A stretch of DNA of 20,000 bases, taken from the IMG/VR virus record IMGVR_UViG_3300047552_001239; one strand, written 5' to 3'. This stretch comes from an uncultured virus (IMG/VR IMGVR_UViG_3300047552_001239) (taxonomy: Duplodnaviria > Heunggongvirae > Uroviricota > Caudoviricetes). The position numbers and the translations under genes are program-made. The stretch's first letter is position 1; each line of letters opens with the position of its first letter. Under the pieces are notes generated by a model. It saw nothing but the letters and a program-made list of their open reading frames with translations, did not search any database and was not told the origin of the DNA. Positions 16,706 to 20,000 of this stretch are shown here, piece after piece.

Positions 16706-17776
16706 TTATTCTTCTTCTAAATCTTCTGGGGTGATTGGAAAAGTATTAAATTCTTCCATATCCTCATCAGAAGGATTCACTAAATCGTCAAGCTCACGCT
16801 CAACTTGATTAGTATCAGGATTTGCCTTACCAGCGAAAATTTCTTGTAGTGTTCTTCGCTGATGAGTGTATCCCAGTTTGGCTTGTTCATAACGGGGCTT
16901 AACTGGAAGACTTTCGTACTCTCTCCAATTAGTCCACATATCGGCCAAAAACTCTTTGACCATATATCGGACCGCCGCGTTATGTCGGTGTTTTGGAGTG
17001 GTGGTTTGCCACCTTGGCAACATTTCCAACCGTCGTTTATAATTTCGGTAGACCTGTTCATAAGGTCCACCAAGTTTAATAAAACCAGGTCCTAAAACCC
17101 CTACTAATTTTGTTTTTAAGAGAGGATTAAAAGTAATCCCTTTGGTTTCTTTTAATTCTCCTTTTTTATTAACATAGGTCTTTGGGACTAGGTGATGTTC
17201 TTTTCGACATCTACCTTCTCCTCGAACGAAGTTTCCCTCATCGTCATAGATAGGGACAACATCTAATCCGGCATATTTTTGTAATGCCGCTATCGAGTTG
17301 CATTTAGTAATATCTATCTCTGACATTATTATGCCAGCCATTCGAGGACCAACTCCTCGTATATTTGAGAGATAAAACCGATAAAAACCCTCTTTTTCGA
17401 GTTGTTTCTGAATTAACTGCTCGTAAACAGCTTCTGACTTCAACATGAAGTCAAATGCTTCAAATAGACGAACATCATCGTCTGTTTTTAGCAACTTGAT
17501 CTCACCATCAAAATCCTTGGGAAGTTTCACTTTCTTCTTCCCAAGAGCTGCAACAGCCTCACTAACTAACTTATATTCGATCTTCAGTCGATCGATCAAT
17601 TTTTTTGCAATTGATTCTTTCTTCTGCTTATCAGCAGAATCTAAGTCTTCTTGATTAATACCTAATGCATCTCTGAAGATTTGCACCAGGCGATTGCCAA
17701 TACTAATTCTGAGTTTTTGTTGGTCGTACAATGTACGAACCAGTGTACGGATAAAAGACTGCTGGCGTTCGGCCAT
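16706..17776 (-). CDS. RuvC-less IS110/Nop-fold protein (TasA-like candidate RNA-binding protein)
   Basis: Starts directly with the IS110-type coiled coil (IRTLVRTLYDQQKLRISIGNRL). Transposase_20/Nop-like core LSNIRGVGPRMAGIIMSEIDI...LQKYAGL...FNPLLK...YEQVY...KHRHNAAVRYMVKEFL..MW..WR...LPV..Y...LGY. No DEDD RuvC domain. Acidic tail. RBS AGAGG. Confidence 0.8.
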   Translation of the reverse strand: MAERQQSFIRTLVRTLYDQQKLRISIGNRLVQIFRDALGINQEDLDSADKQKKESIAKKLIDRLKIEYKLVSEAVAALGKKKVKLPKDFDGEIKLLKTDDDVRLFEAFDFMLKSEAVYEQLIQKQLEKEGFYRFYLSNIRGVGPRMAGIIMSEIDITKCNSIAALQKYAGLDVVPIYDDEGNFVRGEGRCRKEHHLVPKTYVNKKGELKETKGITFNPLLKTKLVGVLGPGFIKLGGPYEQVYRNYKRRLEMLPRWQTTTPKHRHNAAVRYMVKEFLADMWTNWREYESLPVKPRYEQAKLGYTHQRRTLQEIFAGKANPDTNQVERELDDLVNPSDEDMEEFNTFPITPEDLEEE

Positions 17777-17852
17777 GTGGATGTTTCCTCTATTGATGTT
17801 TCTAACATGATAAGAAAAAAGAAAATATAATATTCCTTTTTCTTTTTCTCAC

Positions 17853-17873
17853 CATTATATAATATCTATATAA
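17853..17873 (-). promoter_or_regulatory. Phage promoter-like motif TTATATAGATATTATATAATG
   Basis: 21/21 identical to 4419-4439; about 77 nt upstream of ATG 17776. Confidence 0.75.
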
Positions 17874-17889
17874 AAAATTAAAATAATAA

Positions 17890-18267
17890 TTATTCTATTA
17901 CTAAATCTAAATTAGAATGAGTTCCTATCATTCTCTCTCCATTCTCACTCCAAGTTAAATAATCTTCATTATCTACAACGCCAGCTAATATAGATTTATT
18001 ATCTTTTAATCTAAATTCGGTTAATTGGGTTACTATTTTTCCACTTTTTGTTTTAATTATAACATCACCAGATAGAGCTTTATTTTTATCAAATTTTAAA
18101 GTAAAATTATCTATTGAATCTATTAATTTTACAAGTTTATCTAATATAATTAAACCAAATGCAACACCATCTGATGTTTGCCACCATCCATTTTCATCAT
18201 CTATTTCCGTTTTATCAATACCATTTAATATATTGAATAATTGTTTCTTAAAATGTTCTTTAGTCAT
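17890..18267 (-). CDS. Hypothetical phage protein, probably two fused modules
   Basis: N-terminal GIDKTE...GWWQTSDG segment plus a C-terminal FDKNKALSG...TKSG...W..NG...LDL module that I recall from small phage proteins. Confidence 0.7.
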   Translation of the reverse strand: MTKEHFKKQLFNILNGIDKTEIDDENGWWQTSDGVAFGLIILDKLVKLIDSIDNFTLKFDKNKALSGDVIIKTKSGKIVTQLTEFRLKDNKSILAGVVDNEDYLTWSENGERMIGTHSNLDLVIE

Positions 18268-18294
18268 AATAATACTCTAGTGGAAAGGCAATCG

Positions 18295-18337
18295 AAAAAA
18301 TAAACCAGATTAGAAGAAGAAAACTCTAATCTGGTTT
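18295..18337 (-). terminator. Intrinsic terminator closing candidate ncRNA 2
   Basis: 13-bp stem aaaccagattaga (18302-18314) / tctaatctggttt (18325-18337), followed on minus by ATTTTTT. Confidence 0.8.
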
Positions 18338-18455
18338 GACGGGATATCTTGAATTTAGTTGATGTTACAATTTTGTTAAACTATGAACAGGAGGAGAACT
18401 GTTATATTTAACATCCAAAAGAAATACTAAATTCGTCCGTCTAGTGTGTTATTTG
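18295..18455 (-). ncRNA. Candidate structured ncRNA 2 (~150-160 nt rod plus terminator)
   Basis: Four nested stems between 18338 and 18441: gacgg/ccgtc, gaatttagt/actaaattc, gatgtta/taacatc and aacag/ctgtt. Partial promoter motif at 18471-18481. No ORF. Confidence 0.6.
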
Positions 18456-18487
18456 TTAACTTGATAAATTATATCTATATATAATTT

Positions 18488-18796
18488 CTAAAACCCCAAA
18501 TCGTCTAAAGATAAAATATGTTTTGTTATTACATCATATGGAAAAGAAGTAGTTCTATATTTTCCATTTGTATATTCAGGAATAATAGAAATTAATATTT
18601 CTATTTTTGTAGAAGTATAATAATTGATACCTAAATAAGTAGAATTTTCACTAAAATTTTTTTTAACATATTTTTTAGCGGCATTTATAATTTCTTTAAA
18701 AGGAATATCATTTAATGTTTTTGGGAGATCATATATTGGTTGTCTTGTTGGTTGTTCTGGAACGGCAAAAAATAATAAATGTGAAATATCTATCAT
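18488..18796 (-). CDS. Hypothetical protein
   Basis: 102-aa ORF. Confidence 0.65.
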   Translation of the reverse strand: MIDISHLLFFAVPEQPTRQPIYDLPKTLNDIPFKEIINAAKKYVKKNFSENSTYLGINYYTSTKIEILISIIPEYTNGKYRTTSFPYDVITKHILSLDDLGF

Positions 18797-18799
18797 ATA

Positions 18800-19243
18800 T
18801 TAATCTTCATCAATTTGTTTTCCACTTTCTTTTAATTTTCTTCTAATGAATTTTTTATTTGCGGAAGATCGTCCAATAAGTGATCCTCCCATTCCTCCTA
18901 ATGCTGCTCCTAAATATCCTCCACTAAGTGTATTTATTATTTTACCTTGTGGATCATTTGGATTACCGGGTATCAATACACCTAATCCTGTTCCAATAAG
19001 ACTACCTAATCCAGTACCTACTATTCCTCCTACAAATCCTTTTTTAGCTCTTTTCGAAGCTAATTCATCTAATTCGTCAGAAGAAATTTTTATTCCATCT
19101 TCTTTTAATCTATTACGAATATATTTATTTGTAACAGGTTGTGAGGCTTCATGATCTCCAAGATTATGAAGATCTGATTTAACAGTATTCCAAATTTCTC
19201 CTTCATTTAATAAATTATTAATATCTTGAAGTATTGTATTCAT
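18800..19243 (-). CDS. Glycine-zipper membrane-type protein; possible internal head/ejection protein
   Basis: Two GxxxG-rich hydrophobic segments (GFVGGIVGTGLGSLIGTGLG; GGYLGAALGGMGGSLIG); N-terminal MNTILQDINNLLNE leader. Confidence 0.7.
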   Translation of the reverse strand: MNTILQDINNLLNEGEIWNTVKSDLHNLGDHEASQPVTNKYIRNRLKEDGIKISSDELDELASKRAKKGFVGGIVGTGLGSLIGTGLGVLIPGNPNDPQGKIINTLSGGYLGAALGGMGGSLIGRSSANKKFIRRKLKESGKQIDED

Positions 19244-19248
19244 AATAT

Positions 19249-20000
19249 TTAAGACTCATGTTTATAACCATATGGAAAAAGATAATCCACTAATACCATT
19301 GATTCTTTACATCTAGTAATTGCGGTATACAACCATTTATCACTATATTCTTTAAAGAATAATGATTCATTAAGGATTAAACACTTATTTGCTTCACTGC
19401 CTTGTGCTTTATGTACTGTCAATGCTCTACCAAAAGAAACTTCCGTTATTTTTTGAAAAGGGTAACTTTCCCAATTAATTTTATACTTTCTTAAAAATTC
19501 CATTTGAGGGTAATTAAATTTTGGGGCTTTACCTCTTACTCTAAATCTTTTTATAGTAGATTGACATGACATTAATATTTGATATTCATCTTCATCTTGT
19601 TTAGATAAATAATGTTTAAATACTGGTTTTATTATTAATGATTCTCCATCTTCATTTTTTACAAATATAGATGGAATATTTAACCAATCAATTTTTTTAT
19701 TTAAATGATATGAAGAATAATCATCTTGTACAATTAAAATATCTGAATTATAAATATCTAAATCATAATTGTTTTTCCAAACAATTAAAGTTTCATCTTT
19801 AACTGGAAATCTACTAGTATTATAATTTTTTAATCTTCTATAATAATCATTTATTCGTTTTACGCTTCTATTTGAACCGCATAAAATAAGATCTGAATTT
19901 ATTACTAAATCTTCTCTAAAATTTTCCAATTGAATCGATTTTAGATATTTATAATTAGGTACTTGATTACTATCAAAATAATTTAATTTACCACCAGTTC
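19249..20000 (-). CDS. RecD/Dda-like SF1B helicase, C-terminal part (5' end outside window)
   Basis: FGRALTVHKAQGSE (motif V) and WLYTAITR (motif VI). The frame stays open from 19929 up to 20000 (TGGKLNYFDSNQVPNYKYLKSIQL). Confidence 0.9.
   Translation of the reverse strand, partial: TGGKLNYFDSNQVPNYKYLKSIQLENFREDLVINSDLILCGSNRSVKRINDYYRRLKNYNTSRFPVKDETLIVWKNNYDLDIYNSDILIVQDDYSSYHLNKKIDWLNIPSIFVKNEDGESLIIKPVFKHYLSKQDEDEYQILMSCQSTIKRFRVRGKAPKFNYPQMEFLRKYKINWESYPFQKITEVSFGRALTVHKAQGSEANKCLILNESLFFKEYSDKWLYTAITRCKESMVLVDYLFPYGYKHES

Noticed and set aside
16706..17776. Active IS110/IS1111 insertion sequence
   Set aside because: No DEDD RuvC domain, no catalytic Ser-Gly motif, no evident sub-terminal inverted repeats, and the gene is wired to a phage promoter motif.
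13221..18455. CsrB/RsmZ-like sponge identity for the two ncRNA candidates
   Set aside because: Only a few GGA motifs, and most are not in hairpin loops on the likely transcribed strand.
16567..18487. TIGR or CRISPR array next to the Nop-fold gene
   Set aside because: No periodic repeat-spacer units were visible in 16567-16705, 17777-17889 or 18268-18487, or elsewhere in the window.
929..19154. Shadow ORFs at 929-1162, 4468-4653, 5761-5955, 9445-9690, 16780-17073, 16862-17095, 17445-17654 and 18846-19154
   Set aside because: They lie antisense or out of frame within better-supported genes and show no recognisable motifs.
1..20000. Stop-codon reassignment as in some large phages
   Set aside because: Genes tile densely in the standard code; TGA and TAG act as real stops, with several ATGA overlaps.

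Overview
AT-rich, gene-dense segment that reads as part of a large (probably jumbo) tailed phage genome in the standard genetic code. The gamma/beta-proteobacterial-type SspB hints at a proteobacterial host (inference). Most genes are on the minus strand. The left and central parts encode virion proteins: a LamG-like protein, a collagen-repeat fibre, four tandem paralogous spike/fibre LamG-type proteins and small putative head/ejection proteins. A plus-strand four-gene island (three Zn-ribbon paralogs and a DUF4116-like repeat protein) interrupts them. The right part is an accessory region with SspB, a membrane GGDEF diguanylate cyclase, small hypothetical genes and the 3' part of a RecD/Dda-like helicase. 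The best lead is a 356-aa IS110/Nop-fold protein (16706-17776) that lacks the RuvC domain and the IS110 catalytic Ser motif, so it resembles TasA, yet no TIGR array is visible in the window. It sits behind a 21-bp promoter-like motif. Variants of that motif also precede two ORF-free, structured, terminator-bounded candidate ncRNA cassettes (about 13221-13506 and 18295-18455). All family calls come from motif recognition by eye, not database searches.
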